From Candidatus Micrarchaeota archaeon (GTDB taxonomy: Archaea > Micrarchaeota > Micrarchaeia > Anstonellales > Bilamarchaeaceae), in the NCBI GenBank assembly GCA_037440825.1, contig JBBITJ010000009.1, positions 9,341-27,429 of the forward strand: 18,089 nt of DNA, written 5' to 3'. Below are positions 1 to 7,973 of the stretch, in pieces. Position 1 is the first letter of the stretch; every line of letters starts with the position of its first letter. The position numbers and the translations under genes were made by a program. The notes under the pieces were generated by a model. The model worked only from the letters and a program-made list of their open reading frames with translations, ran no database searches and was not told where the DNA came from.

Positions 1-477
1 CGCGTCTTGAAGCACCTTTACCCTCGTGTTGTACAGGAGCACCGCGTCGTTGTAGAATTCCCTCCTGTCCGCCATCTGGTCCTCCATCGCGGAGAGCTGC
101 TTCTGGAGGTCGAGGAAGATCTGGTTCGCCTTGAGCTCAGGGCATCCCTCGGCTACTGCGAAGACGGATTTGAGCGCGCCTGTGAGCAGCTCGCTCGCCT
201 TCGCCCTCTGCGCCGGAGTCCCGGTCACGATTTCGGACCGCAGGCAAGTGAACTCCTCCAATGCGCTTTTCTCGTATTTCTTGTATCCCTTCACGGTTTC
301 CATGATATTCTGGATGAGATCGGAACGCTGCTTGAACACCGCGTCTATGTTCGCCCACGCCTTGCCAATGTTGTTCTGGAGCGCGAGGCCGTTGTACGCG
401 GTTATGGCGCAGAACGCAGCCAGGAAAGCCAACGCCACCAGAACGAAGCCTATGTAAAGTTCGAAGCCGACCTCCAT
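1..477 (-). CDS. lemA: LemA family protein (3' end runs off the window)
   Basis: Translated by hand from the ATG at 477: MEVGFELYIGFVLVALAFLAAFCAITAYNGLALQNNIGKAWANIDAVFKQRSDLIQNIMETVKGYKKYEK...FAVAEGCPELKANQIFLDLQKQLSAMEDQMADRREFYNDAVLLYN. It has an N-terminal TM helix and the LemA motifs AWANID..QR.DLI.N..ETVKGY, AVAE.P.LKAN and RR.FYND.V..YN. It is absent from the ORF track because there is no stop in the window. Confidence 0.92.
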   Translation of the reverse strand, partial: MEVGFELYIGFVLVALAFLAAFCAITAYNGLALQNNIGKAWANIDAVFKQRSDLIQNIMETVKGYKKYEKSALEEFTCLRSEIVTGTPAQRAKASELLTGALKSVFAVAEGCPELKANQIFLDLQKQLSAMEDQMADRREFYNDAVLLYNTRVKVLQDA

Positions 478-539
478 GCCATCACTATAGGATATTCAAT
501 TCCGAGAAGAATATTAAAAGGCTAACTTCACGTGCACAT

Positions 540-881
540 ATGGCAGAAAACTGTTGCGTATACTCGGCAATCGGATTCGCAGTGGGCATCGGCATGATCT
601 ACGACGGGGCGCAGAAATATCTGCTCGCGCAGAAGATAAGGAAGATGCTCGTAGAGCCGCAGGGCGCCCAGATAACAATCCCTGTGGACGCCACTTACAG
701 GGCCACCTTTCCGGGCATCTTCGGCATACAGCACAAGCCGATGGATTCAAATGTGCTCGCTTTCGTGGATTCCCCGGACGCTGACAGGAGGCGCACATTC
801 ATGAACCACAAGAACGAGGGCGTGCGCATCATGGAATCCTGCATAGCCGAGGGCGATCCCCTCTACGTGCTCGGCAGCTAG
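540..881 (+). CDS. Short membrane-anchored protein resembling an internally deleted GIDE-domain (LemA-associated) protein; possible pseudogene
   Basis: 113 aa with an N-terminal hydrophobic helix and a C-terminal E..IAEGDPLYVLG motif recalled from GIDE-family proteins. TATA-like TATTAAAA at 512-519. Lies next to lemA. Confidence 0.5.
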   Translation: MAENCCVYSAIGFAVGIGMIYDGAQKYLLAQKIRKMLVEPQGAQITIPVDATYRATFPGIFGIQHKPMDSNVLAFVDSPDADRRRTFMNHKNEGVRIMESCIAEGDPLYVLGS

Positions 882-951
882 ATTAGGCGGGGAGAATAAA
901 AACATTCTGGAATACAACACATTTTTAAAGAGATTTACACATAATAAAAGC

Positions 952-1968
952 ATGCAGAAACTGCACGAACTTAGGATTCCGGAAGGCAGGAAGGCGTTCG
1001 CCTCGCTCCTGTTCGCGAATTTCGGGAAGAAGGAGGTTCTTTTCGACACGTTCCTCGCAAATGCGCACAAGTACAGGGACGAAGAAATGGCGCAGGCCCT
1101 CAGGAGCGTCCTGTCCCTTTCCCAGTCCGACATAAGGAAATGGGTAAGGGGAGTGAAGCATCCTGCGAGCCTCATCACCAGGAGTGCGGTGATTCCGAGC
1201 GACATGGAAAGCATGCTCTGCGAAGCGAAGAATTTCGTGATTGCGAGGAACGCTTACATACCTTACTACATAATCGAAAGGCCGTATTCGGACCACGTGC
1301 TGGATGCATACCAGGACGTATGCAGGAAGCTGGTGGAATGCAGCAACAATACGCTGAAGGCTGCGTACCTGGACATGGCCGGCATGATGGGAAACGCGCT
1401 CCCTTTGGAAGAGAAAGCAAAGCTGGCCGGATTCCTGGTTGATTACCTCATGGCCGAGGATGACAGGGTCCTGAAGGTGGCGGCCACGTGCGCCCTCGCG
1501 ATGCTGCTGAATCCTCAGGCGCCGCTCGCGATCATGCACGAAGCGGAAAGGAGCGGGGATGAGAATTACCAGGTCGTGGCGTACAGGGCTGCTGTGCTGG
1601 CGGCCGCGATAAAGGCGCCGAAAACGCTGGAGGTATTGCTTCCCGGATTCCTGTTCGGAAACATGGGAGCGGACGTGAAGGTCGCTGCCGCTTCCCTCAT
1701 GCTCTCGCTGGGCAACGCAGGGCTTTACAGCAGCGTTATGTCTTACATGAAAACGGTGGGTGAGACTGTTGACGAGCTGCATAGGTTCGCGCTGAGGAAG
1801 GCGGACGAAGAGCTTGGCGCGGATTCCCCTGAGAGGGTGGAGCGTGCGAACAGCCTGCTGCTCGAATTCTACAAGTCCAGCGGGTTCCACAACGATGTGG
1901 CGGCGTACAGCGCGCTTGCTGGAAATCCCAAGATCCCAAGATCTGGCATGAAGGCTGGCAGAGGTTGA
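952..1968 (+). CDS. Hypothetical alpha-helical protein, possibly HEAT/ARM-like
   Basis: 338-aa ORF with natural composition, rich in Ala/Leu. TATA box TTTTTAAA at 922-929 and a T-run after the stop. No family motif recognised. Confidence 0.75.
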   Translation: MQKLHELRIPEGRKAFASLLFANFGKKEVLFDTFLANAHKYRDEEMAQALRSVLSLSQSDIRKWVRGVKHPASLITRSAVIPSDMESMLCEAKNFVIARNAYIPYYIIERPYSDHVLDAYQDVCRKLVECSNNTLKAAYLDMAGMMGNALPLEEKAKLAGFLVDYLMAEDDRVLKVAATCALAMLLNPQAPLAIMHEAERSGDENYQVVAYRAAVLAAAIKAPKTLEVLLPGFLFGNMGADVKVAAASLMLSLGNAGLYSSVMSYMKTVGETVDELHRFALRKADEELGADSPERVERANSLLLEFYKSSGFHNDVAAYSALAGNPKIPRSGMKAGRG

Positions 1969-2023
1969 TTGTTTTTTAACCTTTCTAGCCAGATTAGTAT
2001 TGAGCAATTCAGATTTTTAGCCT

Positions 2024-2057
2024 CGAAACGCTGAACTCAGAACTGGAAACTCCAACT
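2024..2057. repeat. Degenerate 7-bp tandem array (NRRAACN)
   Basis: Units CGAAACG CTGAACT CAGAACT GGAAACT CCAACT. Confidence 0.7.
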
Positions 2058-2090
2058 GCATTTCGCGGTTGTTTCGAATACAAATAGTTT

Positions 2091-2257
2091 GGGCCCGTAG
2101 CGCAGCCTGGATAGCGCGGCACTCTCCTACACATATTCCTTTTCTTTTGCGAAAAGAAAAGGTCTGAGTGGTTCACCCCAAAAGAAAAACGATTTTCTTT
2201 TTAGTGAATTATTGTGGAGAGAGGTGAAGGTCGTGAGTTCAAATCTCACCGGGCCCG
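2091..2257 (+). tRNA. tRNA-Arg(CCT) with a 92-nt intron at canonical position 37/38 (intron 2130-2221)
   Basis: Acceptor stem GGGCCCG/CGGGCCC, D-arm GCGC/GCGC, anticodon CCT at 2126-2128, T-arm GTGAG-TTCAAAT-CTCAC. BHB: CTCC (2124-2127) pairs with GGAG (2216-2219), with 3-nt bulges TA|C and AG|A. CCA is not encoded. Confidence 0.95.
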
Positions 2258-2387
2258 AATATTAGGGGCGAACAACAATGCCCGTTTTAGCAACCCTTTC
2301 TGGAACAGGCAGCACACCATCATCAAACCTTTCGGGTTTGGAAAATGGCTAAAACTTGTTTTTGATTTTAGAGCCGAATGTGGGAAT

Positions 2388-3152
2388 ATGATAACCGACC
2401 TCGTGAAAGCGTTGGAAAAAAGCACCGAAGAGTGCCTTGAAGACAGGATAGCAGTCTCCTTTTCAGGGGGATTGGACAGTGCAACAATAGCCACGATAGC
2501 GAAGAAGAGGTGCGAGGTTTCCTTGATTTCAGCAGGGACTGACGGAAGTGACGACCTGATAAATGCGGGGAAGGTCGCTGAGGAACTCTCGCTTCCCCTG
2601 GAAAAGATAGTGCTGGACGAGAAACGGATACTGGAGATTTATGGGAAGATACACTCTTTTTACCCTGGCCCGCTGCTCAAGGTGGAAATAGGAGTTCCAA
2701 TCTACGCGGTATGCGAAGCTGCGAAGAAAAGGGGGCTGGACGCCGTGCTGTTCGGCTCTGGGGCCGAGGAGCTTTTCGTAGGATATGAGAGGTATTACAA
2801 ATACCTTGAAGAAGGAAAAAACCTGGACGCAATACTCAAAACCGAGTTCGAAACCCTCAAAGATGGCGACGCGGCGATGGTGAAAAAAATAGCGTACCGA
2901 TGCGGGGTTGAGGCGAGGTTCCCGTTCTATTCGAAACAGCTTGCGGAGCTTGTTTTCAACATCCCGCTGGAGGAGCGCATGGCTGACAAGGAATTGAAGA
3001 AAGGGGTTTTGAGGGAAATGGGCAAGCTTCTCGGCGTGCCGAAGACCGCACTGGAGAGGAGGAAGAAGGCGGCGCAGTACGGAAGCGGGGTGCACAAGGT
3101 AATAATGAGGAATGCGGATAGATTGAACATGGCATTCCCTGAAAAGAGATAA
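2388..3152 (+). CDS. Asparagine synthase C-terminal-domain protein (PP-loop ATP pyrophosphatase), no glutaminase domain
   Basis: Motifs SFSGGLDS, GSGAEELFVGY, EARFPF, K.VLR and RRKKAAQYGSG. The start was moved to the ATG at 2388 because the ORF-track start (2214) lies inside the tRNA. Confidence 0.88.
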   Translation: MITDLVKALEKSTEECLEDRIAVSFSGGLDSATIATIAKKRCEVSLISAGTDGSDDLINAGKVAEELSLPLEKIVLDEKRILEIYGKIHSFYPGPLLKVEIGVPIYAVCEAAKKRGLDAVLFGSGAEELFVGYERYYKYLEEGKNLDAILKTEFETLKDGDAAMVKKIAYRCGVEARFPFYSKQLAELVFNIPLEERMADKELKKGVLREMGKLLGVPKTALERRKKAAQYGSGVHKVIMRNADRLNMAFPEKR

Positions 3153-3155
3153 TGC

Positions 3156-5423
3156 CTACTTCTTCATCAGTGCCTCTTCCTCGCGGATGAGGTTGGGAAA
3201 ATCCTCTTCCCACTTCTTCTGCGCCACGCCGAAATCCACTTCCCCGTTCTCGTTCTCCAAGGATTTCAGCATCCGGTTCGCGTAGTTGTTCGCCTTGAAC
3301 ACGAAGTCTATTTCCATGAGCCTCTTGTTGCCGGTCTTCTCCGCAGCGTCGGCCACGTCGTTGAACACCTTGCCCTTAAAGAAGGACTGGAGGATGTACT
3401 GCTCAGGGTCCACGCCCGTGCTTTCCGCCCTGCGCTTGAGCGCAGGAGGTATGAACTCTATCTTGAGCTCCTTCTCCAGCTTTCCGAGATTTATCTTGGT
3501 GAGGTTCCACGAGTAGGCCTCCTCGTTGTGGAGGAATTTCGGCTTGAGCGTGCACGCGTCTATGTTCTTCCCCTTTTCCAGCGAGAACACCTCTATGAAA
3601 TTCTTCTCCTGCTGGTCGGTCTCGTAGGAGTTGCCGAGCACGCGGTACACGCGCCCCTTCCTCCCGAACTTTATCTTCGTGAGGAAGCTGTACCTGTCAG
3701 TTGCGAGCATGCTCACAGCAGGGATGCCGAACACGAGCTCGAGGCGGTCCTGGATGTCCTTAAGGGATTCGGCATGCAGGTTGTAGAGCAGGAACACGCC
3801 GGGCTGGGTGTTGAGCAGGTTGATTATGCCCTGCACCGCCACGCGGCTGCGCACCTCGTTGATTATTATGGCTGCTTCGCCCATCCTGAGGAGCGCGTTC
3901 GCCATGCTGACCAGGTCCAGCTCGCGCGTCTGCAGCTGCATCTCTGTGTCCGAACTCTGGACGCGCGCAGCGCCTATGTGGAAGCCGCGCTTGCGGAACA
4001 CGCGCACCGGGATCTCCTCTATGTCCTGGATCGGGATTATCCTCTTCTTGGTGCCTATGGAGATTATCTTCGCTGCGGTGAACGCAGTCTTTCCGCTCGC
4101 CTTGAGACCTAGCACTGCTTCGCTTGCGCCCAGAGTGACCAGCACATCGTCGTAGCCTGCGAAGAACGGGTTCAGCGTTTTGAGCGCGAAATACTGCGGA
4201 TAGGTGAACGGCAATTCCTTCATTATCCTGAGCGCGCCCTGCAATTCCTCGAACGTCGCGGGTGGGCGCTGGAGGTGGGCGCGCATGCTCAGCCGCTTCA
4301 CCACCACGTCCGCTATGGGGCTTGACTCGTCGAATTTCCTCCCCTCTTTTTCTCCGTATATTATGTGCCTGAAAGAATTCTCCAGGAGCTCGCGGTTGTA
4401 TCTGTAAAGCGTGTGGCACACCCCGAATTTCCTGTGTTCTATGTAAATGGGGGAGTTCTCGCTGTCTATATAGATGTCGGTTATGTTGTCCTTGTCCAGC
4501 GCGAGGTTTTCGAGCGGAGCGCCGAGCCCTGCGACCCAGGCTGCGGCTTCGCGGCCCATCGCGATCGCCTGCTTAGGAGTTATCGGGATTCCGCTCAACA
4601 CCGCGCGGTCGAGGAATTGCTGGCGGTATTCCTTGCTCTTGAGCTCCGCGAGTATGCTCCAGTCCGCGCCCTCGAAATTCTCCTTGCTCTGCTCGATTAT
4701 GGTGCGCTTAAGGAGCTTCTGGAGCTCTGGGGTTAGTTCGGAAATGTAGGGGTTCTTCTGGACGTAGAGGTATGTGTCCGTGCCCGGAATCTCGTAAATC
4801 TGCACCGAGATGCCGTATCTGAGGTCGTAGTTCGCATCCGGGCCTTCCAGAGGCACCGCACCTGGAGGTATGTCCAGCACGATGGAATTGACGAAGTAGA
4901 GGCTCTTGAGCCCCGCGAGCGAGAGGAACGCCATCCTCAGGTCGCCCATCTTCCGCGTGAGGCCGAGGAATTTGGTGTCCGAGTAGCGTTTGAGTATCCC
5001 GTTCACCCAGGCGCGGAAGGTGTAGTAACCTTGCATGAACGCCTGCTTCTCAGGCATTGGTTCAGTGTATTCGGCGAGCGTCTTTTCAGCCGCGATCGGG
5101 TTGGTGAACATGTATTCGTAGAACAGCCGGAGCAGCTTTTTCCTGGATTCGTAATGGTCGTCCTGCTTGATGCCGTAGATGTCCTCGCGGAGCATTATGG
5201 ATTCTACCTGCTTGATGATGTTCGCGTATTCGGTGAGGTACGCGGTCTTCTCCTCGTCAAGCTCTATCACGAGCTCCTCCTCGTACCTTATGCGGCTTAT
5301 TGTGCCCTCTATGGTGGCGAGGTCCTTGAGGTGGAAGTTGAGGAATTCTGGGGAGCCGAATTCGAAGGGGCATTTAGCCAGATCCACTATCGCGAGCGTG
5401 CCTTCCATGTAGGCGTTGCACAT
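3156..5423 (-). CDS. Type II/IV secretion system ATPase (VirB11/TadA/FlaI-like) with a long N-terminal extension
   Basis: Walker A GLKASGKT, Asp box IQDIEEI, ALLRM..AIIINEVRS (Walker B region), His box NLHA, and the NITDIYID motif. Alternative start at 5408. Confidence 0.85.
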   Translation of the reverse strand: MCNAYMEGTLAIVDLAKCPFEFGSPEFLNFHLKDLATIEGTISRIRYEEELVIELDEEKTAYLTEYANIIKQVESIMLREDIYGIKQDDHYESRKKLLRLFYEYMFTNPIAAEKTLAEYTEPMPEKQAFMQGYYTFRAWVNGILKRYSDTKFLGLTRKMGDLRMAFLSLAGLKSLYFVNSIVLDIPPGAVPLEGPDANYDLRYGISVQIYEIPGTDTYLYVQKNPYISELTPELQKLLKRTIIEQSKENFEGADWSILAELKSKEYRQQFLDRAVLSGIPITPKQAIAMGREAAAWVAGLGAPLENLALDKDNITDIYIDSENSPIYIEHRKFGVCHTLYRYNRELLENSFRHIIYGEKEGRKFDESSPIADVVVKRLSMRAHLQRPPATFEELQGALRIMKELPFTYPQYFALKTLNPFFAGYDDVLVTLGASEAVLGLKASGKTAFTAAKIISIGTKKRIIPIQDIEEIPVRVFRKRGFHIGAARVQSSDTEMQLQTRELDLVSMANALLRMGEAAIIINEVRSRVAVQGIINLLNTQPGVFLLYNLHAESLKDIQDRLELVFGIPAVSMLATDRYSFLTKIKFGRKGRVYRVLGNSYETDQQEKNFIEVFSLEKGKNIDACTLKPKFLHNEEAYSWNLTKINLGKLEKELKIEFIPPALKRRAESTGVDPEQYILQSFFKGKVFNDVADAAEKTGNKRLMEIDFVFKANNYANRMLKSLENENGEVDFGVAQKKWEEDFPNLIREEEALMKK

Positions 5424-5445
5424 GGTTGAGGTTTAGGAAAGAGAA

Positions 5446-5453
5446 TTTTAAAA
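5446..5453. promoter_or_regulatory. Palindromic TATA box, probable bidirectional promoter
   Basis: TTTTAAAA lies about 21-23 nt from both the minus-strand ATG at 5423 and the plus-strand ATG at 5474. Confidence 0.55.
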
Positions 5454-5473
5454 CCATGGTGCGATATCGCACC

Positions 5474-6847
5474 ATGCTCTTTGACGTGTTTTCCTCTTTT
5501 TCCGGAAGCGGGCGCAGGAACGCGGAAGTCGAGGCGTCGATGCCTCTTTTCCTCAGGTCCCTTGCGATGCTGCTGGACATGAGGATCCCGTTCGCGGACG
5601 CGCTCAGGGAGGCATCGAAGAACGGCGCGGCAGGGAATGAATTTGCTGCTGCGGTGGAGGAGATAAGGTTGGGAGCAGGAGTGTCTGCAGCGCTCGCCAA
5701 GGTCGCGGAAAGGAGCGGCAGCGGGGCGGTCAAGAAGGCTGCTGCGCAGATAATATCTGCGTACGAGCACGGCGCAGGGGGCGAGGCGATAAGGAGGATC
5801 GCTGAGGACATGTTCTCGCTCCAGAAATACCGAATGCGGGATTTCATCTCAAAAAGCTCGCTGTTCGGCCTGCTTTTCGTGGTATTCGCCGCGGTGGTCC
5901 CGACTCTTTTCGTGGTTATCGCCACTGTGGGGAAGGCCGGAATAGGGATTGAAGTGGAGGAGGGGATGTTCACGGCTGCGTTCGTGATCGGGTTTCCGGC
6001 AGTCGATGCGCTTATCCTCGCCGTTTCCTCCTCGCAGATGCCTCCTGCGATGCACAGCAGAAGGAAAAACAGGGGGCTGGTGGTGGCTTTCGCGCTCTGC
6101 GCTGCGCTGCTTGCAGGAGTGATGCTGCTTGGGCTGGACTTGGAGTTGAAGGCAGGCGCCGCGATCGCGGTTTCCGCAGGGGCGTGGGTGATGTTCGGAA
6201 AGGAATATGCCGAGGCGAAGAGAATTGAAAAGCTGGAGGCGGCGCTCCCGGACGCGCTGCTCTCCGCATCCGGCCTGCCCAAAAGCCATGGCGTGGAGAG
6301 GGTGTTCGAGCGGCTCGCGGAAGAAAAAAATGATTTCGCGCCTGAGGCGCAGAAGACGCTGCGGCAGCTGCGTGCGAACGTGAGCCCGGAGAATGCGCTC
6401 GAGGATCTGTGGAAAAGGAACGGATCGTTCATGCTCAGGAGGATGGGGGAGCTCATGGCGGCTGCGCACACTGCCGGCGCGAACGTCTCAGAGAAGATGC
6501 ACGAGTTCGCGGAAGACCTGCTGGCTGTGGCCGAGCTGAGGAGGGAGCGGGAGAACGCGCTTTCCATGCAGAAGTACACGCTGCTGCTGGGCGCGATCGT
6601 GGTGCCTGTGATACTGGGGGCTTCGCTCTCGCTGGTCTCGCAGGTTTCGTCATTCCTGGAGAACGGGGCTTCCGGAGTGCTGGAAACCGCGCCAAGGGCG
6701 GTTGCGGCGTACGTAGTGCTTTACTCTGCAATTTCCGCGCTGTACATTTCCGAGATGGAAGGCAGGAATTCGAGGCTCGCGGCTTATTTCGCCGCGATGG
6801 CGCTCTGCGGGCTCGCTGGATTTTATATTCTTTCGCACCGATTCTGA
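5474..6847 (+). CDS. Type II secretion system F family (TadB/TadC/FlaJ-like) membrane platform protein with two T2SSF domains
   Basis: Two repeats of the T2SSF pattern (EASMPLFLRSLA..IPFADAL..EF....EIRLG and LEAALPDALLSAS....ANVSPENALEDL), each followed by TM helices. Start taken at the ATG at 5474. Confidence 0.85.
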   Translation: MLFDVFSSFSGSGRRNAEVEASMPLFLRSLAMLLDMRIPFADALREASKNGAAGNEFAAAVEEIRLGAGVSAALAKVAERSGSGAVKKAAAQIISAYEHGAGGEAIRRIAEDMFSLQKYRMRDFISKSSLFGLLFVVFAAVVPTLFVVIATVGKAGIGIEVEEGMFTAAFVIGFPAVDALILAVSSSQMPPAMHSRRKNRGLVVAFALCAALLAGVMLLGLDLELKAGAAIAVSAGAWVMFGKEYAEAKRIEKLEAALPDALLSASGLPKSHGVERVFERLAEEKNDFAPEAQKTLRQLRANVSPENALEDLWKRNGSFMLRRMGELMAAAHTAGANVSEKMHEFAEDLLAVAELRRERENALSMQKYTLLLGAIVVPVILGASLSLVSQVSSFLENGASGVLETAPRAVAAYVVLYSAISALYISEMEGRNSRLAAYFAAMALCGLAGFYILSHRF

Positions 6848-6851
6848 GCGT

Positions 6852-7361
6852 ATGGACATGCTGACATCCAGCATAGCGCAGATGAACGTCCCTGAGATAA
6901 CACTGGTGGCGGCGCTGCTGGACAACGAGCTCACGATGGTGGCGGCGACGTTCGTGCTCGTGCTCCTGACCGAACGAAGGAAGAAAAAAATAATGAAGAT
7001 AGGGTTCGCTGCCGTGCTCGCGTTCGTGCTAAGCATGGGAGTGAAGTACGCGCTGCACGTCGAACGGCCTTGCGTAGCGGTTCCCAGCAAGGTCGCATGC
7101 CCGGATTCCTATTCGTTTCCCAGCGGGCACACGATCGTGGCATTCACCGTGATGCTCGCATTCCTGAACAAGCCCACGTTCGTAGTGTATTTCCTTTACG
7201 CGATATTCATCGCGTTCACCCGCATATATTTAGGGGTGCATTCGTTTGAGGACGTTGCCGGAAGCGTGGCGCTGGCGCCGTTCGTGTATTACGTCGCTGA
7301 CCTGGCATGGAAAAAGATCGAGGGAAGAAGGTATGCTTTTAGGAACGAGCATGGGCAATGA
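6852..7361 (+). CDS. PAP2-family membrane phosphatase
   Basis: Motifs K....ERP, SFPSGH and TRIYLGVHSFEDV, plus TM segments. Confidence 0.92.
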   Translation: MDMLTSSIAQMNVPEITLVAALLDNELTMVAATFVLVLLTERRKKKIMKIGFAAVLAFVLSMGVKYALHVERPCVAVPSKVACPDSYSFPSGHTIVAFTVMLAFLNKPTFVVYFLYAIFIAFTRIYLGVHSFEDVAGSVALAPFVYYVADLAWKKIEGRRYAFRNEHGQ

Positions 7362-7905
7362 AACCAAGAGGAAAGTGCTCCATATAATCAGCGGAGCTGT
7401 TTTCCTCGCGTTCCTGCTCGCGTTCGGGAGGACGCGGCTGATAGGGCTTCTCGTGGCGGTGCTTCTCGGCGGAATCCTTACGATAAACCTGCTCATGATG
7501 GGCTGGAAATTCCCGATTACAGACTGGTTCATAAGGAATTTCGAGAGGCCGAGGATACGGTTTCCCGGATATGCGACTGCGTGGTACGTGGCAGGGCTGC
7601 TCATAGCCACGACGCTGCTGCACTCCGAAGGCGAGATAGCTGCGGTGATATGCGCGCTCGCGTTCGGGGACGGCGTTTCCGCCATCGCAGGGGAGAGGGG
7701 AAAGCGGAGATTGCCGTACAACAAGGAGAAGACCGTGGAGGGTATGGGGACGTTCGCGCTCGGCACGCTGCTCGCTTTCCCTTTCGTGGGGTGGATCGCG
7801 GTGCCGTTCGCGCTGCTTGCTGCGGTGTTCGAGAGCCTTCCGCTGGGCATAGACGACAACTTCTCCGTGCCGCTTTTCGGAGTGGTTTTTTTCTACCTGC
7901 TTTAG
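7351..7905 (+). CDS. Dolichol/phytol kinase-like (SEC59/DGK1/VTE5, CTP-dependent) membrane kinase
   Basis: Motifs RKVLHI, LAFGDGVSAIAG, KTVEG and DDNFSVP. The ATG at 7351 overlaps the end of the PAP2 gene. Confidence 0.88.
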   Translation: MGNETKRKVLHIISGAVFLAFLLAFGRTRLIGLLVAVLLGGILTINLLMMGWKFPITDWFIRNFERPRIRFPGYATAWYVAGLLIATTLLHSEGEIAAVICALAFGDGVSAIAGERGKRRLPYNKEKTVEGMGTFALGTLLAFPFVGWIAVPFALLAAVFESLPLGIDDNFSVPLFGVVFFYLL

Positions 7906-7906
7906 G

Positions 7907-7934
7907 CGGAACCTGAAACACAAGGCAGGAAACC
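7907..7934. repeat. Degenerate 7-bp tandem array
   Basis: Units CGGAACC TGAAACA CAAGGCA GGAAACC. Confidence 0.55.
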
Positions 7935-7973
7935 ACTTTTTAAACCGTTTTCAGCATATAATTCCTATAACAT

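Noticed and set aside
7..525. 172-aa plus-strand ORF
   Set aside because: It is the antisense shadow of lemA.
2130..2221. Box C/D guide in the tRNA-Arg intron (CTGA at 2164-2167)
   Set aside because: There is no box C or K-turn partner, and the upstream bases are locked in a hairpin with no tRNA complementarity.
1..2257. Integrated element using tRNA-Arg as attachment site
   Set aside because: No integrase or transposase and no duplicated tRNA end are visible in the window.
2258..2360. tRNA-associated HDV-like (theta) ribozyme, suggested by UGGCUAA after a hairpin
   Set aside because: Only a 4-bp P1 can be built, no P1.1 GG follows it, and P2 spacing is wrong.
2214..2387. N-terminal 58 aa of the 312-aa ORF
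   Set aside because: It overlaps the tRNA-Arg 3' exon and trailer. The recognisable domain starts at the ATG at 2388.
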